A stretch of 64,000 nt of DNA from Selaginella moellendorffii (Eukaryota > Plantae > Lycopodiophyta). Below, piece after piece: positions 10,290 through 26,019 of the stretch (the stretch's first letter is position 1; every line of letters starts with the position of its first letter). Position numbers and translations under genes: made by a program. The notes under the pieces were generated by a model. That model was not told where the DNA came from. It saw only the letters and a program-made list of their open reading frames with translations, and made no database searches. The stretch lies in the NCBI RefSeq assembly GCF_000143415.4, contig NW_003314287.1:1874951-1938950 (forward strand), in the 5' to 3' direction.

Positions 10290-11030
10290 TTAGTTGTCGT
10301 CCTGCAGTTTGCTCATATACGGTGACTGGAGTCTGCAGATCCAGAGGCGCAAGATTCGAGTTCCCTCCGGTGCTTGGGCATGTCTTCTCCAGGTTCGACT
10401 TGAATGATGCATCAATGGTGTCCCACTGTGGAGACGACCTCGGAAGTTGGTGCACTGGGCTTGGCCGATGGGAGATCTTGAGTTGAGAGGCCTTGGTTCT
10501 GGAAGCTGGTAATGAGCCTCGAGGCAGTGAACGATGGTGCGGGGACTGCCGAGTTTGCCGTGCTCTGGCTCGAAGTTGTGCTATCAAGACGGTCCACAAC
10601 AAGTAATTACTATCAGAAGTTTTCAGAGGCTCTGAGGTAAATGGAACAGGGAAATAGAGGGGATGCGTGATCTTGGGACGATCACACGAGGTAACCCGTA
10701 GGATAGATATTCGGGTTCGGAGAACAGCTGGGACAGAGTCAGGATAGGTACCACAACAACCTTCCTCGCGCTCGCTGAGTGCACGCGCCTTTGCTGAAGC
10801 TCTCCATCGCGTGCTTGACATTGTGAATTACATCAAAGCCTCGGGTAGAGTTCACTTTCGGTCCTGCTTTCGTTCCTCCACTGGAGCCATCCAGAAGAAT
10901 CGAAGAAACAAGTCAGGGGACACCTTGAAATGCAACTTGCGATCTCAGGAACTCCAGCTTATGTTTACAAAGCAACTGTGGAAGTGGAGACGGAGAAAGG
11001 ATGCTGCCATGCTGTTCTCCATTACATGTT
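10290..11030 (-). pseudogene. Class III peroxidase pseudogene, degraded copy of the 11374-12506 gene
   Basis: Fragments such as [34 protein letters not shown] and STTSSQSTANSA, with several deletions and frameshifts. Confidence 0.88.
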
Positions 11031-11039
11031 TAAGGCATT

Positions 11040-11185
11040 TGTGGAGAGTGCCAAAGGGAAGAGAGAAGCAATCAGGCAACTTTTCTTCTTTATGAACCTG
11101 CTTGACAATCTAGATCAGTGGTTGGAGGAGCTGGTGCTGCCAGCAAAACCAAGATCAATGAAGCTGGATGTGAGATCTGCCAGGA
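11040..11185 (+). pseudogene. Duplicated 3' fragment of the NET gene
   Basis: KREAIRQLFFFMNLLDNLDQWLEELVLPAK matches 9820-9975 (KREAIRQLCFSIDLLNNRNQWLEELVLSAK). Confidence 0.85.
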
Positions 11186-11373
11186 GTCCAATGTCAATAA
11201 CTTAAAAAGAATAAGGAATATAATTGCCTTGACGAGTTTTGCATTTGAGTGAGGTAAGAAAGCTCTTTGTTGAGTCGAAAGTGTTATTTTCAGGTACACA
11301 GGCTACACCCAGGCGTAAACTTGGAAATACATCACGCGAGTAACTAATATTTTCCTGCCTTCTGTCCATGTTC

Positions 11374-12506
<1,133 letters not shown>

Positions 12507-13564
12507 CGGACCCGGACCTCCTGAAAAGAGTTTGGAATGACAAACGAGCGAAGTGAGACGATCGTTTCCTTTTTTTCTTTCTTCGCTCAAACGCTTGTAT
12601 ATGCTTGACAGGGATGCGGCTTGATATATAACACCGGAGGATGTAAGAACATGTCAATATGTCGGCTTTGGAACCTTCTCTACTACAAACGCGTGTGGGT
12701 CTCACTCTGTGGGCCGGCTGGACGACCTTTTGCTACTACTGCTTTAAAATACTAGGAGATATCCGTTTTTACCAAGAGAGACTAGACTGATGTCCGAGAG
12801 TTTTAGCACGATCAAGACTTTGACGTGCTGGCGATTGTTTGGAGGAGTTTGAAGATGATATCACAGCTTGGAAGAATAAGATGATATCACGGTGTTCCGT
12901 TTGATAACAGATATTTTAACAATGGAAAGTCCAATTCTTCTAGTTTGATAACAGATATTTTAACAATTGAAAAATCCAGACGTATGATTGATTGTAACAC
13001 TTCATAAATTCAAGGGTGTTGTATACAACACTGCCTCTCACAAATCTCTAGACCAGACGTGAAAATATTACCAACCAGGAACATCCCACCTAGAAGGAAA
13101 AACATCCAGAAAAGAATTTGTTAAATTGGGAAATAGTGTAAACTTTAAACGAAAAATACAAAGCGGTGTGACACTGATCGAAGCAAAAACCAATCCCAAT
13201 CGCCCACAAAAGATTGACGAGCGAGCGTTTTTTGGAGCTTTTGCGCTAACCGCGTGGACTGGCATGAATCCGTTAAATGAGACTGAATCCTATCTCTTAC
13301 TGTTCCCGATTACTTCCTGTTTCTTGCTGGTGACTTGTCCAAATTCCGTGCGATGGAAGTGAGCTGCCCCGATTGTCAAATGCGATCATGCTGTTCGTTT
13401 ACAAAACACAGATGAAAACGATTGAGCAGGACTTGGAGCCGCCATTTTTACTTTGAGAATCTGTAACTAGGTGCAATTATGAGCAACCTATTCAAAGTCA
13501 ATTGGCTGCAGCCGCGATCGATTGACGAGAAGATTAAAATCTAAACACGACTTTAAAACATCAT

Positions 13565-13918
13565 CCCAAGCTCTTTGTTACGTCGCAACAACGAATTCTA
13601 CCATTCGGACTTGTGCAACTTTTAGATGCTTGAAGAGATTCTTTGTTCTGGAAAAAATCTAAGAACATCAATCGAAGAGTTCCAAGTTCTTCGAACAACG
13701 AATTCTTGTGGCAATCAATGAATCGAGAGTTCCGTAACAAGGAATTCTACTTGGATTTGTGTGTTATTGGCATGTTTTAAATGCTTCAAGAGATTTTTCG
13801 ACTAGTTTAGTAGAATTCTATAGAACAGTTCCAAGCTCTTTTTGTTACGTCGCAACAAGGAATTCTTCCAATTGGATTTGGTATGTTTTTGGCATCTTTT
13901 AGATGCTTCAAGAGATGA
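13565..13918. repeat. Three imperfect ~120-130 bp tandem repeats downstream of the peroxidase
   Basis: Recurring ccaag(c/t)tctt...caaca(a/c)g(g)aattct...tttagatgctt(c/g)aagagat units. Confidence 0.7.
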
Positions 13919-13923
13919 CTATA

Positions 13924-15091
<1,168 letters not shown>

Positions 15092-15799
15092 TGCTCGGAA
15101 AACGCAAAAACCTCTAGAGCAAAGATGATCCAAGAACTGTAACTGTTCTTCTTCAAAAGATCTAAGAAAGAACTATGGATTGAGATGATTGCTTGCTTCG
15201 GAATTGGAACTCTGGACTCCACAGTCGCTTACGCATCCATTATATACTACGAACGCCGCTCGGTTTTTGCTTGGAAGACGTATAGTCGGTTGATAGCCCA
15301 GAAGTTTCTCTTCAGACCACCCACGAGTCCTTTGGCCAAACGTGTGTGGGACACACTAACACTCGTACAGCTCTAATTGTTTTGCCGCGCCGTTTGACCC
15401 AATAGCTCCAAGAGCACGACAAATTTTCGGTTGCGTGATCACGATCGAGAAGAGATCAAAGTGAAAGCCACGCTTTCGGATCATGAAGACCACCTCTATC
15501 TCTCACTCTTTCTTTCTCTTTCACGTCTCACGGGATGATAACAAACAAGATCAAATCAATCACAGTTGTCATTCCGGGGCCCTCCTTGCCTGGTGAGCAA
15601 AACATCGCTTTAGAGCGTCTTTAAGATCTTACGTGAATGGAAGCTCTCATGGTACGTAAGACCTCAAAGATGCTCTAGCTTGAATCTAAACGATTTGATG
15701 GATGGAAACTTCTACCCTCGCCAGAACTAACACGGTCAACGCCATCGCAGCCATGGCTGGACTACCGTTGAATCTTGTTTATCCTTTCGTCTTGGCGAG

Positions 15800-17740
15800 A
15801 TGAGAGCGTGTGAAGTTGGGGTCAGCCTCGATCACGCATCATGCGTGGAGCTCGTAAATTCTTGCAGCAACCTCTCCATGGTACGCTTTGCCCACTCCAA
15901 AGTCCGCCACCTCCTTGGCACCCACATTTACCTCTCAAACAGGCTCCTCGAAATGTATGGAAAATGCGGCAGTGTTCACGAAGCCCGCCTCGTTTTCAAC
16001 ACCATTTCCACAGGGAATGTCTACACTTGGTCTCTCATGCTATCAGCATATGCCCGAAACGGGCATATTGAGGACTCCAAACAGATATTCGATGCCATGC
16101 CGCAGAGGGATCTCGTGGCGTGGACTACGCTCCTTGTGGCATATACCCAAAGAGGGTATTTACAAGACGCCGAGAAGGTGTTTGACTCTATGCCCGAGCT
16201 GGACCTCGTTACGTGGAATGCCATGCTGACGGGGAATGCCCACAATGGGCACTTGCAAGGCGCCTTGCTGGTATTTCAAAGCATGCGCGAGAAGAACCTT
16301 GTGTCGTACAATGCTATGCTGGCGGCGTACGGACAGAACGGGAATCTCTTTCAGGCGAGGAGGATATTTGAAGAGATGCCAAACCGCGACCTTGTTTCAT
16401 GGAACACAATGCTAGCGGCATGCGCTCAAAGCGGGGATTTGGAATCTGCGAAGATAGTATTTGACTCTATGAAGGAAAGAAATCTAGTTTCCTGGACAAC
16501 AATTCTTGCGGCATATGCCCAAAATGGGCATCTGCAAGATGCCGTGAAACTCTTTGATCGTATGAAGGAGCACGATCTCATCGCCTCCAACGCAATGCTC
16601 TCTGGGTTTGCACTTAACGGCCAGCTCCAACAGGCTAGAGGAATATTTGATCAGATGGGCGAGCGCAACGTTGTGTCCTGGAATGCCATGCTGACTGCGT
16701 GTGTGCAAAATGGTGACATGGGAGAGGCAAAGCGGATATTTGATCGAATGGAGGTACGAACGCTAGTGTCGTGGAATGCCATGCTGGCTGCATATGTTCA
16801 GGCAGGACAGTTGCCCAAAGCCAAAGAGCTCTTTCAGCAAATGCCCGACAGGGATCTCATCTCGTGGAACGCCATTCTCTCCATGCACGCGTGGAATGGT
16901 GACGTCGAAAGAGCAAGGGAGGTGTACGAAAGCCTCCACGAGAAGGACATTGTCTCGTGTACGGCGATGCTCAGTGTGTATGCCCAGAACGGGCATCTTG
17001 AGGAATCTAAGCAGATATTTGACGGGATACCCGAGTGGGACTTGGTATCATGGAATGCGATGCTGTCCTCGTATGCCCAAAACGGATATCTTCAAGATGC
17101 AAAGTTCATGTTTGACGAAATTCCCCAAAAGGATCTCGTTTCCTGCAATGCTTTGTTAGCGGCATATGCCCAAAATGGGCATCTTCTGGAAGCTAGGCGT
17201 GTATTTAGCTGGATGATCGAAAGGGACATTGTTTCGTGGAACGCTTTGCTTGCTGGATATGCCCAGAACGGACATTCTTCCGAGGCACTGGATTTGTTTG
17301 CCTCGATGAAAATGAGCGAGATTCCTGATGAGATTGCTTTCACTTGCGCGTTGGTTGCCGCTAGTCATGCTGGAGTGGTCTATCCGGGTTGGTCTCTCTT
17401 TATCGCTATGAGAATGGACTATGGATTGATACCAAGCAAGCAGCACTACTGCTGCTTGATTGATCTCCTCTCGAGGGCGAGGTATCTGGACCAGGCCGAA
17501 GATCTTATCACTCGCATGCCTTTTGTTCCAGACGTTTACGACTGGACGTGCATTCTGGCCTCTTGTATCGATCGGAAAGACGCTGAAAGGGGCGCTCGTG
17601 TGAGTGAAAGAGTTCTAAGTCTGGATCCCCAAAATGCCGCAGCGTTTGTTTTGCTGGCAAACTCTTTCTCGTTTGATGAGACAAAACACCACTTGCAGAA
17701 TGCACTTAGGAGGTGGAAGCTTTCTCCTCGAAAGTTCTAA
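15800..17740 (+). CDS. PLS-class PPR protein, S/SS-repeat rich, E-type end, no DYW
   Basis: Intronless ORF with many 31-aa repeats (xLVSWNAMLxAYAQNGHLxxAxxxFDxMPx) and end HYCCLIDLLSRA...WTCILASC...FVLLAN. Confidence 0.93.
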   Translation: MRACEVGVSLDHASCVELVNSCSNLSMVRFAHSKVRHLLGTHIYLSNRLLEMYGKCGSVHEARLVFNTISTGNVYTWSLMLSAYARNGHIEDSKQIFDAMPQRDLVAWTTLLVAYTQRGYLQDAEKVFDSMPELDLVTWNAMLTGNAHNGHLQGALLVFQSMREKNLVSYNAMLAAYGQNGNLFQARRIFEEMPNRDLVSWNTMLAACAQSGDLESAKIVFDSMKERNLVSWTTILAAYAQNGHLQDAVKLFDRMKEHDLIASNAMLSGFALNGQLQQARGIFDQMGERNVVSWNAMLTACVQNGDMGEAKRIFDRMEVRTLVSWNAMLAAYVQAGQLPKAKELFQQMPDRDLISWNAILSMHAWNGDVERAREVYESLHEKDIVSCTAMLSVYAQNGHLEESKQIFDGIPEWDLVSWNAMLSSYAQNGYLQDAKFMFDEIPQKDLVSCNALLAAYAQNGHLLEARRVFSWMIERDIVSWNALLAGYAQNGHSSEALDLFASMKMSEIPDEIAFTCALVAASHAGVVYPGWSLFIAMRMDYGLIPSKQHYCCLIDLLSRARYLDQAEDLITRMPFVPDVYDWTCILASCIDRKDAERGARVSERVLSLDPQNAAAFVLLANSFSFDETKHHLQNALRRWKLSPRKF

Positions 17741-18199
17741 TTTCTTATTCACAGCACACGAAAGTGGAGGGGCCATTAGCCAGCAACAAGTTACAATGGC
17801 GGACAGGCAGGATGCTTTGGTGGCGGAATGGGAATGATTCCACTAAAACACTCCACCAAGAAAAATTGTCCAAAGTCACAGGATGCATTTGAGCTTGACT
17901 TTTTTTTGCGTCATGACAAGCTTGATCATCTCTTGTGAGATTTGGAAGTTGTGAGATTTGGTTCTTTCGAGGGTGAAATGTTTGAACTTGTGTGCCACCA
18001 CCGACTTTCATTCAAACAAACCACATGAAATGGATACGACTTATTCCATCACAAAACAAAAAGCTTGTCAAAATACACCGGCTCGAGTTGTGTTTAATAT
18101 AATTCACCACCGTGGCACCCGTGCTCGATACGGCGAGGTTCCATTTATAAATGCCAACGTTTCAAACGTTTCAAAGGCAGGCCTTTCGAGTGAAGCTAA

Positions 18200-19301
<1,102 letters not shown>

Positions 19302-19359
19302 CTTGAGAAAAAGTATACTTGATAAACACCTTGGAACCAAGGGATAATTTTTATATATT

Positions 19360-20354
19360 GAAAAAATTTGCCACAGTATTTACGAATCTGTCCATTTGGA
19401 GCCAAGAGTGGCTTGAGGTTTTCCATATTGATCATTCCAGTCGCAAAGTCCTGGAAAAAAACTCTTGAGCCATGGCATAAGTGTGCACCAGCTGTGCAAC
19501 TGTCCAATCGCCACCACTCCAGTGTCTGGTCAGAGTGGAACGATCCACTGAAAATTATCAAGTTTTTGTAGTAGTTGTTGTCAAACACCACTGGAGTTTG
19601 CAAATCTAGAGGAGAAAGGTTTGTGTCACCACCACTGTTGGGACACTGACTCTTGAGCGATTGGTTGTAGTAAGGGTTCATAGAATCTGGCGAAGAGCTC
19701 AGCGATGGACCATAGAGGCGAGACTTGAAGGTCCCACATTGGCCTTGGCCGATGGTGTGAGATCCCAAGGGAGCGACTAGATCTTGCACAGAGAGGCCAC
19801 GGCTTTGAAAGTTGGCGACGAGCATGGAAACATTGAAGAAGAAAGGTGGAAGTTCTACGTTTGCAGCCTTCTGGCTGTCTCGCCGGCCAAAGGTAACGGT
19901 CCACGTTGGTCCATTCAGCTGGTCAATGTTCATCCTAAGTGGTATAATTACTGCCATTACCACAGCCGACCAACGAGCACGATCATATCAGCACATGAGA
20001 CAGTGTTTAAAGTCTTTATGTTTTCGATCACGTTGTATCCTCGCAAGGAGTTTATGTTTGGGAAAGCAAACTGCTCATTCTTTGAGCCATTCAGCATAAT
20101 GGATGCATCACATCCCTGCAAGTTATGCTTAATTTTCCTGCTTAATCGAAAGGGGAAAGCTTTTCTTACATTCACATGACAGTCGTGAAAGAAGAGTCGA
20201 ACTAAAGATGCACACATTTGTGGCTCGCTCGCCACAAACTGCAGCTTGGACAATTCCTGTGAGATTTGAACAAGAACGTTGGGCTCAAGTTTGCAAGCCC
20301 ATGGCCAGACATTGCAAACAGAAGAAAGATGCTAATCATGATGCCTGAAGCCAT
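19360..20354 (-). pseudogene. Peroxidase type B pseudogene, copy of 20992-22069
   Basis: Deletions in exons 1-2, a 2-nt deletion near 19520 (ccactccagtg versus ccactccacagtg), and loss of the stop region. Confidence 0.9.
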
Positions 20355-20587
20355 TCTTAGTGATAATCAAAATATGCAAGTTTATTATGGAATTGGCCTT
20401 TCTTTATATACAAGGGAGCTGATCAAGACAATTAAGTGAAACTCTTGACGCAAGCAATATTGACTTCGTGCTCAGAGTTGAGAAAATGATAATTAAGATT
20501 AGCTTGTGACGCTAATTGTGGGTGGGTTGGCAGAAAAAATATCGGAATTCTTTGCGTGGGTGTTAGAAATCAAATTCGGAAAATATG

Positions 20588-20935
20588 GCTCTCTCCAGGC
20601 AGACCCAGTGCGCCAACTTGAAGGCTCGGCTCTACAGGCCCTTCCAAAGCGGTGACCAGACGTTGCAAAGCTCGTGCCCGGGCAGCAATGGCGACACCAA
20701 TCTCTCGCCGCTCGACATCCAGACGCCCACCAGCTTTGTCAATCGCTACTTTAGGAACTTGCATAACCGGAGAGGGTTGCTCTTCTCGGACCAGACGCTC
20801 TTTTCCGGGGACCAGTTCAGCACGAGGAATCTTGTCAACTCATGGGCTTCGAGCCAGAGCACTTTCTTCCAGGACTTTGGTAATGCAATGGTAAGGATGG
20901 GCAATATCAACGTGTTGACTGGAGATTCGAAGAAT
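20588..20935 (+). pseudogene. 3' fragment of a type A peroxidase
   Basis: Matches 18885-19280 with deletions, including the proximal-His segment; the 5' exons are missing. Confidence 0.9.
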
Positions 20936-20991
20936 TATCTTGATAAATACCTTGGAACCAAGGGATAATAATTTTTATTTATTGAAAAAAT

Positions 20992-22069
20992 CTAGTTCAC
21001 TTTGCCACAGTATTTACGGATCTGTCCATTTGGAGCTAAGAGCGGCTTGAGGTTTCCCATATTGATCATTCCAGTCGCAAAGTCCTGGAAAAATCGTGCT
21101 TGATCCATGGCATAAGTGTGCACCAGCTGCGCAACCGTCCAATCGCCACCACTCCACAGTGTCTGGTCAGAATGGAACAATCCACTGAAATTTATCAAGT
21201 TCTTGTAATACTTGTTGTCAAACACCACTGGAGTTTGCAAATCTAGAGGAGAAAGGTTTGAGTCACCACCACTGCTAGGACACTGGCTCCTGAGCGACTG
21301 ATTGTAGTAAGGGTTCATGTAATCTGGCGAAGAGCTCAGTGATGGACCATAAAGGCGAGACTTGAAGTTCCCACATTGGCCTTGGCCAATGGTGTGAGAT
21401 CCTGAGAGAGCGACTAGATCTTGCACGGAGAGGCCATGGCTTTGAAAGTTAGCGATGAGCCTGGAAACATTGAAGAAGAAAGGTGGAAGTTCTACGTTTG
21501 CAGCCGTCTGGTTTGCCGTGAGGCTGTCTCGCCGGCCAAAGGTAACGGTCCATGTTGGTCCATTCAGCTGGTCAATACAGAATTAGTTCTACTTAATGGT
21601 ATAATTACTGTCATTACCGCCATGACGCACTCTCTAGCGACGATCACAATGATATCAGCGCATGAGACAGTGTTTGGGCATTTCGCCTCCACCAAAGCCT
21701 TGATGTTTTCGATCACGTTGTATCCTCGCAAAGAGTTTATGTTTGGGAAAGCAAACTGCTCATTGTTTGAGCCATTCAGCATGATGGATGCATCACATCC
21801 CTGCAATTGTAGGCATGCTTAATTTTCCTGCTTAATCGAAAGGTGAAAGCTTTTCTTACATTCACATGGCAGTCATGAAAGAAGAGTCGAACTAAAGATG
21901 CACACATTCGTGGCTGACTTGCCACAACCTGTTGTACTGCGGCTCGAACGATTCCTGTGAGATTTGGGCATGTCGAGCTGTAAAACGTTGGGCTCAAGCT
22001 TGCAAGCGCATGGCCAGACATTGCAAACAAAAGAAAGATGCTAATCATGCTTACAATGCTTGAAGCCAT
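20992..22069 (-). CDS. Class III peroxidase (type B), 3 exons
   Basis: Exons 22069-21860, 21800-21618 and 21567-20992. Motifs VRLFFHDCHV, GCDASIML, VSCADI, SGSHTIG and FDNKYY. Confidence 0.93.
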
Positions 22070-22470
22070 TCTTAATGATAATCAAATTATGCAATGGTGT
22101 GGGTTTGGGCTTTCTTTATATACAAGAAATTTAGAGTCGTGATCAAGTAAAACTCTTGACGCAAGAAATATTGACTTCGTGCTCACAGTTGTGAAGTTTC
22201 ATGGAAATGATAATTAAGATTACCTTGTGACGCTAATGGTGGGCGGGTTGGCAGAAGAAATATCGGATTTCGCATGAATTATCACGTGGGTGTTAGAAAT
22301 CAGATTCCAAAAATATGATTGAATGTGATCTTATTCCAATATTAACCACTTCAGCTTGAAAAATCGCCCAACATAGCATGGATATGGAAAATTATCTACG
22401 AAGAAGCTTAAGATCGTAACTCCAACACGTGGTGTTGGTTGGCAGACCTGAAAAATCAAAATCTACAAGA

Positions 22471-24567
22471 TCAAGGACTTGTGGCAAGTTTGTTAGGTGC
22501 TCTTGAATCATACAAGTTGGCCAAGAGGATGTAAGCTGCACCAGATGCCGGATTGGCATCCATCATGGCTTTTGCAACACGAGCTCCCTGCTCGAAGTCG
22601 TCATTACTTCTGCAAGAGCCCAGCAAAGTCACCCATTCGAACCCATTGGCCACAAACGGCATTGCGTGAACAAGCTCTCGAGCATCTTCCAGCCTTCCAG
22701 CTCGCCCAAGCATGTCAACCATGCAAGCGTAGTGTTGCTTGGCCGGCTCAAACGCGTAGTCCAATCTCATGGAGACGAATCTTTGGCCAGCCTCGACCAG
22801 CTTGCCTCCATGGCTGCAAGCGACCAAAACCAGCACGAAGCAAATCCCGCTGAGAGAGCCATCCACCATCTTGAGCATGTCAAAACTTTCAAAGACACCA
22901 GATGGGACGGAGTTTTGGTAGTAGGCAGTGAGCAAGGCATTCCACGAGACAAAGCTGGGTTCTGGGATTGTGCTAAAGAACTTTTTTGCTTGGGGGAGAT
23001 GCCCTTTACGGGCATATGCTGCTAGCATTGTGCTCCATGATACCGCATCTCTCTCAGGCATTATATCAAAAATGGTTTTGGCTTGATCCACATAGCCGTG
23101 CTGAGTGTAAGCTGCCAACATAGAATTCCATGCCACAATGTCTTGAAAAGCCATACTATCAAACATGGACTGTGCCTCGTTTATTGACCCATGTTGGGCA
23201 TACATCGCAAGCATCGAGGTCTTTGAGACCAAGTGCTTCTCCGGCATTGAGTCATAAAGATTCTTGGCATCCTCCACATGCCCGTTTTGGGCAAATGCCG
23301 AGAGCATTGTCGAGTATGCTAGCATGTCCCAGTGGGGCATTCCATCAAATAGAATCTTCGAGTCCTCGATGCGTCCGTTGTGCGCATAAACCGTTAGCAA
23401 AGCGTCAGTCACGTTGATGGTTCTCTCGGGGAGCGTGTCAAATGTCCGTCTGGCCTCCGTTACCTGCCCGTACTGGGCGTGCATGGCCAGCATGCATGTC
23501 CATGACACGAGATTCCTGTACGGCATAGAATCAAACATAACTTTTGCTTGTTCTACTCGACCATTGTCCGAATATGCCGTCAGCATCGCATTCCACGTTA
23601 CCACATTTGTCTCCGGGATTGTATCAAAGACGTGCTTAGCTTTTGCAAGTTGGCCATTTTGGGCAAATGCTGTTAGTATGGCATTAAAACAGACAAGGTT
23701 GTGCTCTGGCATGGTGTCAAATACTCTCTTGGCGTCCATTAAGTGCCCGTTATGTGCATATGCAGCTAGCATGCAGCCCCATGAGATCAAATTCCGCTCC
23801 GGCATGGAATCAAACACGAGTTTAGATCTTCCAAGATACCCGTTTTGCGAATATCCGTCTAGCATCGTCGTCCAAGACACAGAATTCCACTCGGGCATTT
23901 CCTGGAACAATATATTTGCTTTCTCCATTAAACCTTTAACACCGTAGAGCGCTAACATAGCATTCCACGAGAACAGATTTCTCTGGGGCATTCGCTCAAA
24001 GATATCCTGTGACTTTTCCAAATGCCCAAAATGGGCATAAGCAGTAAGTACAGAAGTCCACGTAATTAGATCTTTCTCGGGCATATCCTCGAAAACCTTT
24101 ACGGCATCTTCTATTCTTCCGCTTCTTCCGTACGCAACGAGCATTGAGTTCCAGCAGACCAAATCCCTTATAGGCATTTGATCAAACACTTGTTGGGCTT
24201 TAATCAAATGCCCGTTTTGGGCAAGTGCAGTAAGGAGACAAGTCCACGAGATTAAATCTCTGTGCGGCATCGCGCGAAAAACCTGGTTTGCTCGATCTAG
24301 CTGCCTGTTGCGACAGTAAGCGTTGAGAAGCATGACCCACGAGAGGGAGTTCTTGTGGGCGATGGCATTGAACACCTCCTGCGCGTGGAGGGGGCTTCCA
24401 ACGCGGCCATAGAGCTCGATCAGCTTGTTTTGCACGAAGACATCGGCAGCCCCGAGCGTGGATTGGATCCGGCTGCGAATTTCGTGGGCCGCCGGGATGG
24501 AGCGGCATGACTGGAGAAGATCGAGGAGATGGCTCCGTTCGTAGTCAATCCTAGTCAAAAGAAGCAT
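22471..24567 (-). CDS. PLS-class PPR protein, S/SS-repeat rich, E-type end, no DYW
   Basis: Intronless ORF (first ATG at 24567) with 31-aa repeats and end HYACMVDMLGRAG...WVTLLGSC...YILLANLY. Confidence 0.92.
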   Translation of the reverse strand: MLLLTRIDYERSHLLDLLQSCRSIPAAHEIRSRIQSTLGAADVFVQNKLIELYGRVGSPLHAQEVFNAIAHKNSLSWVMLLNAYCRNRQLDRANQVFRAMPHRDLISWTCLLTALAQNGHLIKAQQVFDQMPIRDLVCWNSMLVAYGRSGRIEDAVKVFEDMPEKDLITWTSVLTAYAHFGHLEKSQDIFERMPQRNLFSWNAMLALYGVKGLMEKANILFQEMPEWNSVSWTTMLDGYSQNGYLGRSKLVFDSMPERNLISWGCMLAAYAHNGHLMDAKRVFDTMPEHNLVCFNAILTAFAQNGQLAKAKHVFDTIPETNVVTWNAMLTAYSDNGRVEQAKVMFDSMPYRNLVSWTCMLAMHAQYGQVTEARRTFDTLPERTINVTDALLTVYAHNGRIEDSKILFDGMPHWDMLAYSTMLSAFAQNGHVEDAKNLYDSMPEKHLVSKTSMLAMYAQHGSINEAQSMFDSMAFQDIVAWNSMLAAYTQHGYVDQAKTIFDIMPERDAVSWSTMLAAYARKGHLPQAKKFFSTIPEPSFVSWNALLTAYYQNSVPSGVFESFDMLKMVDGSLSGICFVLVLVACSHGGKLVEAGQRFVSMRLDYAFEPAKQHYACMVDMLGRAGRLEDARELVHAMPFVANGFEWVTLLGSCRSNDDFEQGARVAKAMMDANPASGAAYILLANLYDSRAPNKLATSP

Positions 24568-24589
24568 ATTCAAAGAGCATCTTATGACT

Positions 24590-25335
24590 ACTAGTCAAAG
24601 AAGGATATTCAAAGAACATCTAATGCGCTTCTTCGTTCTTAGTTAGGCGAACAGCTCCCATCTCCCGCTCAAAAATCCATGGCTACGAGCCTTGCACAGC
24701 TACTATTGATCTGCTCCAGATCACTTTCGTCCCGCGCCTCCAAACTCTTCTGAATAAGAGAATTTAGAGTCTAGCGATCTCGTTGCTTCATCACAACCTG
24801 ATGATAAGAAACGCGTTGTGAAACGCTCAAGGGAACAAAACAACCGGCTTACAAGAATGGCACGGACGGATTTGAGGAATGCTCTTGCCAGCGCTACTCT
24901 TTGCTTCTCTTATCCACTCAGCTGCAAAGCTAGACGGAAGTGAAGAGCTTTGAATACCTTTAGTCCCATGGTTTCGTATTGATTTAGAAACTTGATCCAT
25001 GAATGGCAGCTTTTTTCGCGGCTTCATACACCTGTTCAAAGGAAGGGCTTACCTCTTCCTCTGTTGCTGATAGCCGACCATACCGAATGTTGATGGTATC
25101 ATTGAAAACAATCTGAGGTAACGATGAGAAATCTACAAGTGATTAGTATGAGAACAGTTCACCTTTTTTTGCAGTACTACTCCAATACCAAATAAAAGAC
25201 CGAGGCTAGCATCTTCGATATTCTGATCACCTATCTTCACCTGTAATCGAGATAATTGAGCATTATTACGTTCACTTCACAATAAACAAGCTTACCGTTC
25301 CAGATCCGTTGCAGTCGTAAAACCTATAAAGAATT
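24590..25335 (-). pseudogene. Degraded 3' fragment of the ATM-type ABC transporter
   Basis: Exon and intron blocks match 29020-30090 with deletions (e.g. tttgaggaatgctcttgcca, gaatggcagc, gcagtcgtaaaacctataaag). Confidence 0.88.
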
Positions 25336-26019
25336 CTCAAAAGCAGCTAGGCCCAGTTTAAAGTAGACTTGACCAGCAGACGAGCTGGAAAGGTCTGAAC
25401 CTGAGCGCAAGCAAACAAACACGTTAAAAATATGGTGGTTGGTAAACGAAACATCAAGTGCTGCCACGGTAGAAAGTGCCAACTACTTTGGTAAGGTATA
25501 GCAGACAAAGCTAGAAAGGCTCTTAGAACACAAAGTTATGTAGGAAGTGGATCGATTGAATTGAATCATACGTGTAGGACAAAGACAATGAAACCAGGAA
25601 TCTTTTTATACAAAAAAGGAGTCCAACAAACCTGAGATGGATGCTGCAGAACCATCGGTATCCTGGAATCTCCCAATCGCCACAATCGTGTCCTGGTGGA
25701 TTGCCATTGGCAGGACTGTCGTATAGATATGCCAGCGTTCTTCATGATCCTCCTACCGCCCTTTTCATGAGAAAAAGCCACGTTCCATAAGCGAGGACTG
25801 TGGAGCATGGACTGGAGCCTGGGCCGTGGAGTGAAAACTCTCAATTGCATTGCATTCACCACAAAACTATAAACACAGATAGATAGATTATACTCGGACC
25901 GGGTCGTTCATAGTGGGGATGGGCCGTGGGGCGGTCAGTCGAACGGCGTAAATAAGAATAGAGTTCGAAAGGAGTGAGACTTCAACGCTCCTACGTCAAC
26001 ACTCGAAACTACTCTTATT

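Noticed and set aside
10087-10821. 244-aa ORF as a real gene
   Set aside because: Chance read-through of a frameshifted peroxidase pseudogene; only a short stretch is in the peroxidase frame.
25620-25980. Coding-like sequence between the ATM fragment and the TauD-like gene
   Set aside because: No frame gives a family I can recognise, and stops are present.
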